NCBI GenBank assembly: GCA_002363155.1 | Contig: DEWH01000005.1 | Coordinates: 44,005-108,004, forward strand | From: Ruminococcaceae bacterium UBA3215 | Lineage (GTDB): Bacteria > Bacillota > Clostridia > Oscillospirales > Ruminococcaceae | DNA length: 64,000 nucleotides | Reading direction: 5' to 3' | Shown here: positions 1 through 9,833 of the stretch, piece by piece | Numbering within the stretch: position 1 is the first letter of the stretch | How the letters are laid out: every line of letters starts with the position of its first letter | Program-made: the position numbers and the translations under genes | Notes under the pieces: generated by a model | Told to the model about the DNA's origin: nothing | Databases searched by the model: none | What the model saw: the letters and a program-made list of their open reading frames with translations, nothing else

Positions 1-2005
1 TGAGCTGCTCGATATCGGCGGATACCTTCTTAATAGTCCTGTGGAATGCAGCCGAAAGTTCCTTGCTGTATCCCTCGTCGTCGGTCATGCTGTCCTGGAG
101 AGACCAGATGCGGTCAAGGAAACGCTTGCAGCCTTTAAGACTGCTCTCGCTCCACGGTGCAGCCTGCTCATAGTCTCCCATGAACAGAATGTAAACGCGC
201 AGTACATCTGCTCCGTACTCGTCAACCACGTCGTTCGGGTCAACTACATTTCCGCGGGACTTGCTCATCTTCACTCCGTCGGGTCCGAGGATAAGTCCCT
301 GCGCAGTTCTCTTTGCATACGGTTCGGCAACCGGCACTTCTCCGATATCGTACAGGAATCTGTGCCAGAAGCGGGAGTAGATAAGATGTCTTGTGACATG
401 CTCCATTCCGCCGTTGTACCAGTCAACCGGCAGCCAGTATTTCAGTGCTTCCTGTGAAGCGAACGCCTCGTTGTTCTTCGGATCGCAGTAACGCAGGAAA
501 TACCACGACGAACCCGCCCACTGCGGCATTGTGTCCGTCTCGCGCTTCGCGTCGCCGCCGCACTTCGGGCATTTGCACTTTACAAAGCTTTCTATTTTTG
601 CAAGCGGGCTCTCGCCGTCCTGACCGGGCTGGAAGTTCTCAACCGGCGGAAGTTTCAGCGGAAGCTCGTCATAGGGTACAGCAACCATTCCGCACTTCGG
701 GCAGTGTACGATCGGTATCGGCTCGCCCCAGTATCTCTGGCGGTTGAATGCCCAGTCCTTCATCTTGTACTGAACGCCGGCTTCACCCACGCCCTTTGCT
801 TCAAGAACTTTGAGTACCTTTGCAATAGCGTCCTTTTTATTTGTGATGCCGTTGAGCTCTCCGGAGTTCACCATCTCGCCGTCGCCGGTGTAGGCTTCCT
901 TGGAGATATCGCCGCCCTTGATGACTTCGATTATCGGAATGCCAAACTTTGTTGCGAACTCGTAGTCTCTCGTGTCGTGAGCCGGAACAGCCATGATAGC
1001 GCCGGTTCCGTAACCCATCATAACGTAGTCGGAAATGTAGATCGGTATTTCGGTGTCATTTATCGGGTTGATCGCTGTAAGACCTTCGATCTTTACACCG
1101 GTCTTGTCCTTTACGAGCTGTGTGCGCTCGAATTCGCTCTTCTTCGCGCACTCTTCCTTGTAAGCATCAAGCTCCGCGATATTTGCAATCGAGTCTCTGT
1201 ACTTCTCGATCATGGGGTGCTCCGGAGCCATAACCATGAATGTTACGCCGTAGAGCGTATCGGGACGTGTCGTATAGATCTTGAGTTCTTCGCCGTTTTC
1301 CTTGATCTTGAATTTCACAAAAGCACCGGTGGACTTTCCTATCCAGTTCTCCTGCTGGAGCTTTATATTCGGGAGGAAGTCAACGCTGTCGAGACCCTGG
1401 AGAAGCTTGTCCGCGTATTCGGTTATACGCAGGTACCATACTTCCTTTTCCTTCTGAATGATATCGCTGTGGCAGATATCACACTTTCCGCCCTGTGAGT
1501 CCTCGTTGGAGAGAACGACTTTGCAGCTCGGGCAGTAGTTTACGAGAGTCCTGTCGCGGAAAACAAGTCCGTTCTCAAACATCTTCAGGAATATCCACTG
1601 AGTCCACTTATAGTAATCCTCGTCTGTGGTATCGACCACTCTTGACCAGTCGAAGGAGAAGCCGACCTTGCGGAGCTGACTTGTGAACTTCTTGATGTTG
1701 TTGTCTGTTACTGTACGGGGGTGGACGCCGGTCTTTATCGCGGTATTCTCTGTCGGAAGTCCGTAAGCGTCGAAGCCTATCGGGAAAAGTACGTTGTAGC
1801 CTTCGAGCCTGCGCTTTCTGCTTACTACCTCAAGTCCGGAATATGCCTTGATATGTCCGACGTGCATTCCTGCTCCGGAGGGGTAAGGGAATTCAACGAG
1901 CGCATAGAATTTCGGCTTGCTGCTTCCGGTCACGGCTTTGAATGTCTCGTGTTCGTCCCAGTATTTTTGCCATTTGGGTTCTGTTTCTCTGAAATCGTAT
2001 TTCAT
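1..2005 (-). CDS. leuS: Leucine--tRNA ligase (3' end runs off the window)
   Basis: Hand translation from ATG at 2005: MKYDFRETEPKWQKYW...EFPYPSGAGMHVGH (HIGH-type motif); not in the ORF track because there is no stop in the window. Confidence 0.95.
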   Translation of the reverse strand, partial: MKYDFRETEPKWQKYWDEHETFKAVTGSSKPKFYALVEFPYPSGAGMHVGHIKAYSGLEVVSRKRRLEGYNVLFPIGFDAYGLPTENTAIKTGVHPRTVTDNNIKKFTSQLRKVGFSFDWSRVVDTTDEDYYKWTQWIFLKMFENGLVFRDRTLVNYCPSCKVVLSNEDSQGGKCDICHSDIIQKEKEVWYLRITEYADKLLQGLDSVDFLPNIKLQQENWIGKSTGAFVKFKIKENGEELKIYTTRPDTLYGVTFMVMAPEHPMIEKYRDSIANIAELDAYKEECAKKSEFERTQLVKDKTGVKIEGLTAINPINDTEIPIYISDYVMMGYGTGAIMAVPAHDTRDYEFATKFGIPIIEVIKGGDISKEAYTGDGEMVNSGELNGITNKKDAIAKVLKVLEAKGVGEAGVQYKMKDWAFNRQRYWGEPIPIVHCPKCGMVAVPYDELPLKLPPVENFQPGQDGESPLAKIESFVKCKCPKCGGDAKRETDTMPQWAGSSWYFLRYCDPKNNEAFASQEALKYWLPVDWYNGGMEHVTRHLIYSRFWHRFLYDIGEVPVAEPYAKRTAQGLILGPDGVKMSKSRGNVVDPNDVVDEYGADVLRVYILFMGDYEQAAPWSESSLKGCKRFLDRIWSLQDSMTDDEGYSKELSAAFHRTIKKVSADIEQL

Positions 2006-2057
2006 CAACTGTCTGTCCTTTCTTTCGGTCTGTCCGGAGATCCTGTCTTAAAACTTC

Positions 2058-3083
2058 TTACTTTCTAACTCCGAATTTATATATTGTAGTGAAGTTGTAT
2101 TCTTCGTCCTTCTTGAGAACGCAGCTCGGGAAATTCGGCTGGTTCGGGGAGTCGGGAGCATACTGGCTCTCAAGGCAGAGGGCGGTCTGTATCTTCATCA
2201 TCATTCCGTCCTTGCCGATCTCGCCTTGGAGGCCGATAGCGGTATAGAACTGGATAGCGGGCTTGTCGGTGGAGACTGTCATCTCGCGTCCTGTCTCGGG
2301 ATCGTAAACTATTGCGGCAGTTCTCATAACGTGGGGTTCGCCGAGCATGAAGTTGTGATCGTAGCCGATTATTCCGCCCATTTCAAGATCCTTGTATATC
2401 GGCTTGGGCTGGCGGAAGTCGAATGCCGTGCCTTCAACGGGAGCTATCTCGCCTGTGGGGATAAGCTTCGAGTCAACGGGGGTGTAGCTGTCCGCGTTGA
2501 TCTGAACGATCTGCGAGAGAACGGAGCCGGAGTGAACACCGCCGAGGTTGAAGTAGGAATGGTTGGTAAGGTTGAGTATCGTGTCCGCGTCGGACTTGCC
2601 CTTGTATTCAAGCTTGAGCTCGTTGTCATCGGTGAGCGTGTACTTGCAGCTTACCTTTACATTGCCGGGGAAATTCTCTTCCTCGTCGGGGCTGAAATAT
2701 CCGAATGTAACGCTGGTGTCGTCCATAGCGTCAACAGTCCATACTCTCTTGTGGAATCCGACGATGCCGCCGTGAAGTGAGTTCTCGCCCTCGTTCGGAC
2801 GGAGCTGTATCTCCTTGCCGTTGAGAGTGAACTTTGCGTTTGCGATACGGTTCGCATATCTTCCTACGAGTGCGCCCTGTGTGGATCTGCCTTCGAGGTA
2901 GCCCTGAAGATCGTCATAGCCGAGGACTACGTCTCCCATATCGCCGTTTTTGTCGGGAACGATTATGCTTACGATAGCGCCGCTGTAGTTCGTAAGCTTA
3001 ACGGTCATTCCGCTGCTGTTCTTGAGTGTGAAAAGGAAGACTTTGTAACCGTCTGCCATTCCGAATACTTCTTTTTCGATCAT
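2058..3083 (-). CDS. galM: Aldose 1-epimerase (galactose mutarotase)
   Basis: GRYANRI, NSLHGG, NLTNHSYFNL, YDHNF and CLESQ motifs. Confidence 0.93.
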   Translation of the reverse strand: MIEKEVFGMADGYKVFLFTLKNSSGMTVKLTNYSGAIVSIIVPDKNGDMGDVVLGYDDLQGYLEGRSTQGALVGRYANRIANAKFTLNGKEIQLRPNEGENSLHGGIVGFHKRVWTVDAMDDTSVTFGYFSPDEEENFPGNVKVSCKYTLTDDNELKLEYKGKSDADTILNLTNHSYFNLGGVHSGSVLSQIVQINADSYTPVDSKLIPTGEIAPVEGTAFDFRQPKPIYKDLEMGGIIGYDHNFMLGEPHVMRTAAIVYDPETGREMTVSTDKPAIQFYTAIGLQGEIGKDGMMMKIQTALCLESQYAPDSPNQPNFPSCVLKKDEEYNFTTIYKFGVRK

Positions 3084-3164
3084 GTCTGAATACCTTGCCT
3101 TTCATGGTTTGTTGGATATACGAACCGGCATGCCGCCGGAAGACTTACGTTGGCTGTGCAGTTA

Positions 3165-4580
3165 TCAGAACTGCCAGTAAAGGAACGGGTTGTTTGTGCT
3201 GCTTACGAGCATGAGCGTCCCGACTGCGAGAATAACGACATTGCTTACGACTGTTGAGATGCCCACGGCGTTTTGACCTGCATCTGTTTCCAGCAGTTTC
3301 TTCCTTATCGCCGGAATTACCGGTGTGCTGCAAACTATCGCAACGATTATGAGGAAGATGTTGTTCATGAAGGACGTCTGTGTGCCGAGATCTATCAGCA
3401 TATTGCCGTTTGCTCCCACGAGGTTCCCGAAGAACGTACCGAGCGCCGATATCCCTCCGGACTGGTCGTTGAAGTAGAAGATGCCGAAGCCTACGATTAT
3501 GATAAGCTTAGCGTAGATGTGCATTATCACGGCAGGCACTTTTTTGAGTCTCTTCTTGCCGATAAGCTGTTCGAGGAATACGAAAAGTCCGAAGTAAAGA
3601 CCCCAGATGATGTAGTTCCAGCTTGCGCCGTGCCAGAATCCGGTGCAGAACCATACGAGCAGAAGTCCGGCATACTTTCTGCGCTTTCCGAAGATCGGCA
3701 CATAGAGCAGATAGTCGCGGAAGAATGTTCCGAGGGAGATATGCCAGCGCTGCCAGAATTCGGTGATGCTTTTCGATACGAAGGGGTAGCGGAAGTTCTC
3801 GTCGAATCTGAATCCGAATATCCTTCCGAGACCGATAGCCATATCCGAGTAGCCGGAGAAGTCGTAGTAAACGTAGAGGGCGTAGAGAATGACCGCGTAC
3901 CATGTCCCCGCAACGGAAAGTGAGCCGAGGTCATTTCCGAAATACTTCTCCACGATCTCGTAAAGCGCATTGGCGATTATTGTTTTCTTTCCGAAGCCGT
4001 AGATGAATCGGGTGATGCCAGTGCTGATATCATCGTATGACGAGGTACGCTTGTCTATCTCGTTGACAATGGTGCTGTATCTTACGATCGGGCCTGCGAC
4101 AAGCTGGGGGAAAAGCGAGATGTAGAGGAGGAGCTTTCCGTAGTTTTTCTGAACCGGAACCTTGTCCCAGTAAACGTCCATGATGTAGGAGATTATCTGG
4201 AAGGTATAGAAGCTTATTCCTATCGGGAGGGCGATGTTGGTAAGGGGAATGCTTGTCCCGAAGATGCCGTTGATGTTGCCGATAAAGAAGTCGGTGTACT
4301 TGAATACGGCGAGCATACCGAGACTCAGTACAAGGGACAGCGCCACGCCGAGTTTGGCTTTGCCTGTACCCCGGTATTTGTCGATCATAAGACCGAAGAA
4401 GTAGTTGCCGGTAATGCTGACGAGTAAAAGTATGAGCCATTCGGGACGGCTCCACGCATAGAAGATGAGTGAAAATGCTACGAGAATAACGTTTCTGTAA
4501 GTTGTCTTTCTGCCTATAAAATATATGGGGATAAGTGCCGCCATAAATATATAGACAAAAATGAGGTCAGTAAATTTCAT
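3165..4580 (-). CDS. MBOAT family O-acyltransferase (AlgI/DltB-like)
   Basis: LPIGISFYTFQ, FPQLVAGPIVRY, YDFSGYSDMAIG, FWQRWHISL and GFWHGA motifs; start set at ATG 4580 behind a GGAG RBS. Confidence 0.92.
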   Translation of the reverse strand: MKFTDLIFVYIFMAALIPIYFIGRKTTYRNVILVAFSLIFYAWSRPEWLILLLVSITGNYFFGLMIDKYRGTGKAKLGVALSLVLSLGMLAVFKYTDFFIGNINGIFGTSIPLTNIALPIGISFYTFQIISYIMDVYWDKVPVQKNYGKLLLYISLFPQLVAGPIVRYSTIVNEIDKRTSSYDDISTGITRFIYGFGKKTIIANALYEIVEKYFGNDLGSLSVAGTWYAVILYALYVYYDFSGYSDMAIGLGRIFGFRFDENFRYPFVSKSITEFWQRWHISLGTFFRDYLLYVPIFGKRRKYAGLLLVWFCTGFWHGASWNYIIWGLYFGLFVFLEQLIGKKRLKKVPAVIMHIYAKLIIIVGFGIFYFNDQSGGISALGTFFGNLVGANGNMLIDLGTQTSFMNNIFLIIVAIVCSTPVIPAIRKKLLETDAGQNAVGISTVVSNVVILAVGTLMLVSSTNNPFLYWQF

Positions 4581-4614
4581 TCCTGTCTCCGTTTTTATGA
4601 ATATTTGCACAACT

Positions 4615-4643
4615 ATTATACATTATTATAATATGATTTGCAA
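4615..4643 (-). promoter_or_regulatory. Sigma-A-like promoter of the MBOAT gene
   Basis: Minus strand TTGCAA-17 bp-TATAAT with TG extension. Confidence 0.55.
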
Positions 4644-4853
4644 CTGTTTTAAAAAAATTTTTATGATTTTGACCGAATATTATGTTCAGACGGTTGAAAT
4701 TTGTTGAAAATGCGGTGAAGGGATTTTCGCCGGAGAACAGCAGCGCGCCTTTACCCGATGTTCATATTTTAAGAGTGTGCTTTCCGGAAAAACAGCCGAT
4801 CCCTCGTTGAAATGACGGGAAACAGTGCGCCGGGCGAGCATAAAACAGGCTTT

Positions 4854-4888
4854 AATGTGAAAAATAATATCACTTTATTTTTCACATT
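4854..4888. repeat. Perfect 14-bp inverted repeat
   Basis: AATGTGAAAAATAA-7 nt-TTATTTTTCACATT. Confidence 0.8.
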
Positions 4889-4994
4889 TGAATAAATAAC
4901 GTCAGACATTTGCGTTCGGCAGGTTGTTTTTGTGTGATAAAGAGCGGCGCTTGATTTTTCACATTTCTATTCGTGATTTTGACCAATATTTTCC

Positions 4995-5801
4995 GAAAAT
5001 GCGATGATGCGATTTTTTGGGATTTCTCCGGGGGTCCTGCCGGGCATTTCCGGGTGATGGGGTGTGACTTCGGGGAGGGCGTCGGGGATCGGACCGGGTT
5101 CTTACGACAGCCCGGATTGTGAAAAATCAGATGATGTGATTTTTTATTCCGGCGGTTTTCCGGTGTGAAATGCCGGTTTCGTCAATATTAACAGCGAATG
5201 TAAGCGGAACTAACGAATTTTCGGGGCGTTTTTGACTGCCGAAACGGTCGGAAGTTTGGAAGATGACGCGATTTTTTGGAAAAATCAGATGACCTGATTT
5301 TTTAAAAAACGGCATTTGCAGCTCTGATGAAAGAATTTTTCTGCCGATGATCCGGATTTTCGCACAGAAATGCTATCGTCAAAAGGCTTAACAGAGCCGT
5401 TTTGATGACAATATTATCATAAATGCGACAAAAAGCCAATTACTCCGACCGGATTTTCGGAAAAATCAAAAATCAGATGATCTGATTTTTGTATATTTTA
5501 ACCGATTCCGGCAAAAATATGTCGAAAAAAGCCGCTTTACGGACTGATTTTGTCAGATACAGGTGCTTTTTTCGGCTCGGTGCGATCCCGGCGAAGCAGC
5601 GTGCGGAAATGCCGAAAAATCAGATGATCCGATTTTATTGACAAAGATTTAACAGCCTGTGCGGCCGGGCGGATATCTAAAATATATTTCGGAAAAATAT
5701 GAGTATGGGTATTTTTCGGAAATGGGCATATCCGGATTGTATAAAATTCCAAAATTCGACAAAGGGAATAAGCCGCTGTTCTGTATTTTCAAAAATCAGA
5801 T
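4995..5801. repeat. Array of the 23-bp palindrome AAAAATCAGAT-G-ATCTGATTTTT
   Basis: Copies at 5122-5144, 5280-5302, 5468-5490 (perfect) and 5615-5637; degenerate copy at 4995-5017; half-site at 5791-5801. Confidence 0.85.
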
Positions 5802-5934
5802 AAGAGCGCAGATGTTAATTTTTTCAGAATCCGTAAATCGGAAAGCAGATGCCGGCGAACAACAGCGGACGAAAGTAAGTCTGATATCAGCAGCGGATTT
5901 TTGATGAAAACAGAAATATGGAAACAAAAATCAC

Positions 5935-5963
5935 TTGACATTTTGAAGATATTAAGGTATTAT
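5935..5963 (+). promoter_or_regulatory. Sigma-A-like promoter of the deacetylase-bactofilin genes
   Basis: TTGACA-17 bp-TATTAT; AAAAATCA half-site at 5926-5933 next to the -35. Confidence 0.6.
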
Positions 5964-5974
5964 TAAATATATAT

Positions 5975-7204
5975 GTGATAGAACCGGGGGACCGTATTTT
6001 GTATTTCGGAAGTGTAAGATTTTTTAAGCACGTTATAGTAGCCGTTACTATAATATTGATAGTCGTGCCTTGCGTTATATGCTTCGTCCTCGGGTCGCAG
6101 CTCAGAACTGCCGATGAAGAAAATGAGAAACTCAGAGCCGAGATCGGCAGCAGAAGAATAGAAGAATATGAGACAAGCTGTGACGCTGACGAACTTTTCA
6201 GACTTTACAAGGACAGCCTCGACGATAAGCAGGGCTTTCTGAAACTTGTGTATGAAGACGACGCGGACGGATATGCGGCTGCGGCGGGTGAGGAGAAAGC
6301 AAAGGCAGAAGAGAGTGCGGCGGCAGTTCCGGCTTCGGATAAGACCGAAGAGGAAGATGCCGTGCCTACAATGGCAGAGAGCACAGACGATGCGGAAAGT
6401 ACAGACGAGGCTGATAATACCGGCGAGCCGGAAAGCACCGGTGATGCCGGGACTACGGAAGCTCCGGAGCAGGAGCCGGAATTCACCCATACAGGCGAGC
6501 CGGACGGAACTTCCGGAGTGACTGCCGCATACGAGATGATGTATCCGGATCTCTATGCCGATGTTCCGGAGAATATCGTGTACAACTCCGATATGGACTA
6601 CGTTTATCTCACATTCGACGACGGTCCCTCAAAGTACACCGACAGCATTCTGAACTATCTTACGATGTACGATCTCAAGGCGACATTCTTCGTCGTTCCG
6701 GACGGAAGCGCCGAGAGCAATGCACGTCTCAAGCGTATCGCAGATGCGGGTCACACCATCGGTATCCATACCGCTTCACACGAGTACAACAAGATCTACG
6801 AAAGTGTGGAAGCATACCTCGATGATTTCAAGCTCGCTTATGACAGGGTTTATGAAGCGACCGGGATAAAGTGCAAGCTGTTCAGATTCCCCGGCGGCAG
6901 CATAAACGACTACAACGAATCTATCCGCGATGACCTTATCGCAGAAATGACAAGGCGCGGATTCATCTACTTCGACTGGAACGTTGACAGCAGCGATGCT
7001 CTCGGCGCAACATGGACGGAGATGTACAACAACGTAACATCACAGACCAAGGCATGCAATCGCGCGGTAATACTGATGCACGATTACAACGGCGGATATA
7101 ACACGATCCTCGTGCTTGAGGATATCATAAGATGGCTTATCAGCAACGAGCGCGGCTACAAGCTCGATAAGCTTACGGAATTTGTAAAACCCGTGCAGTT
7201 CTGA
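5975..7204 (+). CDS. Membrane-anchored polysaccharide/peptidoglycan deacetylase (CE4)
   Basis: N-terminal TM, acidic linker, YLTFDDGP, HTIGIHTASH, FRFPGG, DWNVDS and ILMHD motifs; start uncertain. Confidence 0.9.
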   Translation: MIEPGDRILYFGSVRFFKHVIVAVTIILIVVPCVICFVLGSQLRTADEENEKLRAEIGSRRIEEYETSCDADELFRLYKDSLDDKQGFLKLVYEDDADGYAAAAGEEKAKAEESAAAVPASDKTEEEDAVPTMAESTDDAESTDEADNTGEPESTGDAGTTEAPEQEPEFTHTGEPDGTSGVTAAYEMMYPDLYADVPENIVYNSDMDYVYLTFDDGPSKYTDSILNYLTMYDLKATFFVVPDGSAESNARLKRIADAGHTIGIHTASHEYNKIYESVEAYLDDFKLAYDRVYEATGIKCKLFRFPGGSINDYNESIRDDLIAEMTRRGFIYFDWNVDSSDALGATWTEMYNNVTSQTKACNRAVILMHDYNGGYNTILVLEDIIRWLISNERGYKLDKLTEFVKPVQF

Positions 7205-7267
7205 CGGACTGCCCGACCGGCATACAGTTGAAAGGAGAACGGGTAACGGCAATACCCTGTCAAAAAA

Positions 7268-8389
7268 ATGGGAATAAAAGATAATTTTCAGCAGGCTTTA
7301 AGAGAGCTTACCGGCACCGAAAAAGAAGACACAAAGCGCGGCAGTTCCGTTGACGCTATAAAGAATGCAGTCTCCGCGGGTGACGGTTCGGAGTATGATA
7401 CCGTAGGCGGAAGCTCATACGACGAGATACAGAAGAGAGCGGCTGCGGCTGCTGACGAAATGACACGTCAGCAGAGCGCGTACCTTGATGTTACATATCA
7501 TAACGATGACGGAGGAAGAGCCGGAGCGGAGACCGATCAGGGCGATATGACCATGGGTCTTCCGGAAAGCGGCGAATCCACAGAACCGCTTCGTATCTCC
7601 GGATTTGAAAACAATACAGCCGGAAGAACTGCCGCAGGCACTCCCGCCGGAGATCCCGCAAGACCTTCCCGGAATGCTGATCCCTATGAGAATCAGGCAC
7701 CTCGCAGCGCTTCCGACCCTTATGCGGGAAGCCCCTACTCCGCCGGGAATCAGAATGCCGGCGCACAGCGCAGTGCAAATCCCTACGGCGCCGGTCAGTA
7801 TGCAGGAAACCAGTACGGCGGTCAGAAGCAGAGAGCGGGTGCTCCCTCCGGTATGTCTTCGGAAAATCCCCGCGGGCAGGCGTTCAGTGCAGCACGCTAC
7901 GACCGCAATACAGGCAGCGAGGACAACGAGATCACGGTTATCTCGAAGAACACGGTTATAGACGGTAATGTCCGTTCTTTCGCAAATATGAGCATCGACG
8001 GCAATGTCAAGGGAAATGTGGAGACCACAAAGGATATCGACCTCAACGGAAAGATCGTCGGAAATATAGCCTGCAACAACGCACAGATGCGAGTTTCGCA
8101 GATACAGGGAAATGTCCAGCTGAAAGGCAACGTATATATGGAGCGCGACACGCTTCTTATCGGTGATCTTTCCTCGAATTTTGCCGACATCAACGGAAAG
8201 ATCAAGGGAAATGTCGCGATCACCGGAAAAGCGGAGCTTCGCAGCGACGCGGTGATATTCGGAGATATAAGCGCTTCTACCATTACGGTCAACGACGGTG
8301 CGATCATTCAGGGTTATGTCAGCACCACCTTCCTCAATAAAGATGAGAGCAAGAACATCTTCCCGGATACGATCACTATCGGAGAATAA
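7268..8389 (+). CDS. Bactofilin (polymer-forming cytoskeletal protein) with long disordered N-terminus
   Basis: TVISKNTVIDGNV...IDGNVKGNV...INGKIKGNV...DGAIIQG beta-helical repeats. Confidence 0.88.
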   Translation: MGIKDNFQQALRELTGTEKEDTKRGSSVDAIKNAVSAGDGSEYDTVGGSSYDEIQKRAAAAADEMTRQQSAYLDVTYHNDDGGRAGAETDQGDMTMGLPESGESTEPLRISGFENNTAGRTAAGTPAGDPARPSRNADPYENQAPRSASDPYAGSPYSAGNQNAGAQRSANPYGAGQYAGNQYGGQKQRAGAPSGMSSENPRGQAFSAARYDRNTGSEDNEITVISKNTVIDGNVRSFANMSIDGNVKGNVETTKDIDLNGKIVGNIACNNAQMRVSQIQGNVQLKGNVYMERDTLLIGDLSSNFADINGKIKGNVAITGKAELRSDAVIFGDISASTITVNDGAIIQGYVSTTFLNKDESKNIFPDTITIGE

Positions 8390-8416
8390 GAGGTTTTTCA
8401 AAGAAGCCGCCGCGCT

Positions 8417-8480
8417 TGAGACCCGGGCGCTGCCCGGACCCGCCAGCCCCCTTTGAAAAAGGGGGCTGAACCCCCTAAAC
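8417..8480 (+). repeat. Intergenic palindromic repeat family A, copy 1
   Basis: GAGACCCGGGCGCTGCCCGGACCCGCCAGCCCCCTTTGAAAAAGGGGGCTGAACCCCCTAAAC; five related copies in the window. Confidence 0.85.
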
Positions 8481-8548
8481 AAATCCCGTTACACGGAACT
8501 TGAATGATTTGCAAAAGAATATGGCATACAGATTTTTTGATAAACCGT

Positions 8549-8585
8549 CTCCCGCAGCGGAATTTCCGTCTGCGGGAGTTTTTTC
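8549..8585 (+). terminator. Intrinsic terminator after the bactofilin gene
   Basis: CTCCCGCAG...CTGCGGGAG stem followed by a T run. Confidence 0.6.
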
Positions 8586-8649
8586 ACACAATTTACATTG
8601 AAATCCGCAGGGAAATGTAGTATAATAATATAATAGAGATATTGGCGGA

Positions 8650-9477
8650 ATGGAGAGGACAGAATTGCAGTATTATTTTGAGACAAGCTGTCTCGATCTT
8701 AAACAGACTCTTGAAAGCGGTCAGTGCTTCCGCTGGAAGAAAAGCGGGGACGGCGACTCGTACATCGGCATTTCCGGAAAGCATATTCTTAAGATCACCC
8801 AGACTGACGGCGGTGCGGTAATGGAAATGAATGACGAGGCGGAGACGGATTTCTGGCTGCGGTATTTCGACTGTGAGACCGACTACGATTCCGTGATAAG
8901 GCAGTTCTCCGCCGACAAGGTGCTCAAAGAAGCAGCTGAGGAGAACCGCGGTATAAGGATACTCCGTCAGGAGCCGTTTGAAACGCTGATAAGCTTCATA
9001 ATTTCGCAGAACAACAATATCCCGCGCATCATCGGGATAATAGACAGGCTTTGTGAAAATTTCGGAGAAAAGGTTACAAGCCCGTTCGGGGATATGTACT
9101 CATTCCCGTCAGCGGGAAAGCTTGCGTCCCTTTCGGCTGACGATCTTTCACCGCTCCGTGCGGGATTCCGTACACGATACATACTCGATGCCGCAAACAA
9201 GGTGAACAGCGGCACTGTCGATCTTGAAAAGATATACGGAATGAGCTATGACGACGGAAAAGCGTATCTCAAGACGATAACGGGTGTCGGAGACAAAGTC
9301 GCGGACTGCGTGCTGCTTTTTGCATACCACAAGACCGAAGCATTCCCGTCCGACGTATGGATAAAGAGAGTAGTCGCCGAGTATTACAGCGACGGTCTGC
9401 CCGAGTGTATGGGCGAGTATAAGGGAATAGCTCAGCAATATCTGTTTGAGTATTTCAGAAAAAGAACGAATGTGTAA
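8650..9477 (+). CDS. 8-oxoguanine DNA glycosylase (HhH-GPD)
   Basis: TLESGQCFRW, RILRQEPFE, SQNNNIPRI, GVGDKVADC and FPSDVW motifs. Confidence 0.9.
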   Translation: MERTELQYYFETSCLDLKQTLESGQCFRWKKSGDGDSYIGISGKHILKITQTDGGAVMEMNDEAETDFWLRYFDCETDYDSVIRQFSADKVLKEAAEENRGIRILRQEPFETLISFIISQNNNIPRIIGIIDRLCENFGEKVTSPFGDMYSFPSAGKLASLSADDLSPLRAGFRTRYILDAANKVNSGTVDLEKIYGMSYDDGKAYLKTITGVGDKVADCVLLFAYHKTEAFPSDVWIKRVVAEYYSDGLPECMGEYKGIAQQYLFEYFRKRTNV

Positions 9478-9497
9478 GCAAAGAAAGGAAGATAGAA

Positions 9498-9833
9498 ATG
9501 ATTTGCAGAAATTGCGGAAAAGTACTTGAGGAAGGTGAGCTGTTCTGTCCTGACTGCGGTACAAAAGCGGAAGCCGTGACGGAGTCTCTTATTCAGGATA
9601 ACTCATCAGACGCGCCGTACAGCAGCGCGTCATACACTGCCGAACCGCAGGTAAATCAGTATGCGCAGGGAATGTATAATACACAGCCTGCTCCTGCTCA
9701 GAGCGCTCCGGCAAAGCAGAAGGAATTTTTCGGCAGGGGCGCATTCATACTCTGCCTTATAGTGATAGCAATACTTTCGGGAACTGCCGGTGCATTTGCG
9801 TACCTGTACTTCTCGCTTCTGGGGACTATATGA
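9498..9833 (+). CDS. Zinc-ribbon protein with C-terminal TM helix
   Basis: CRNCG...FCPDCG at the N-terminus; hydrophobic C-terminus; AAAGGA RBS. Confidence 0.8.
   Translation: MICRNCGKVLEEGELFCPDCGTKAEAVTESLIQDNSSDAPYSSASYTAEPQVNQYAQGMYNTQPAPAQSAPAKQKEFFGRGAFILCLIVIAILSGTAGAFAYLYFSLLGTI

Noticed and set aside
2006-2057. T-box leaders for leuS or glyQS
   Set aside because: Upstream gaps are only 52 and 18 bp and contain no T-box motif
41-2068. Plus-strand ORFs over leuS, and similar long antisense ORFs (7415-8482, 14493-15902, 20773-22326, 31002-32177)
   Set aside because: Shadow frames opposite recognisable genes, explained by codon bias; no motifs
4986-5000. CodY-like boxes (TATTTTCCGAAAATG; also near 5452 and 36004)
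   Set aside because: Three or more mismatches in A/T-run-rich DNA; cannot be told from chance
4995-5801. Palindrome array as a CRISPR array
   Set aside because: Gaps of about 100-165 bp are irregular and far longer than spacers, the repeats are degenerate, and no cas genes are present
5127-5904. Short ORFs within the palindrome region
   Set aside because: No RBS or recognisable motif; they translate the repeats
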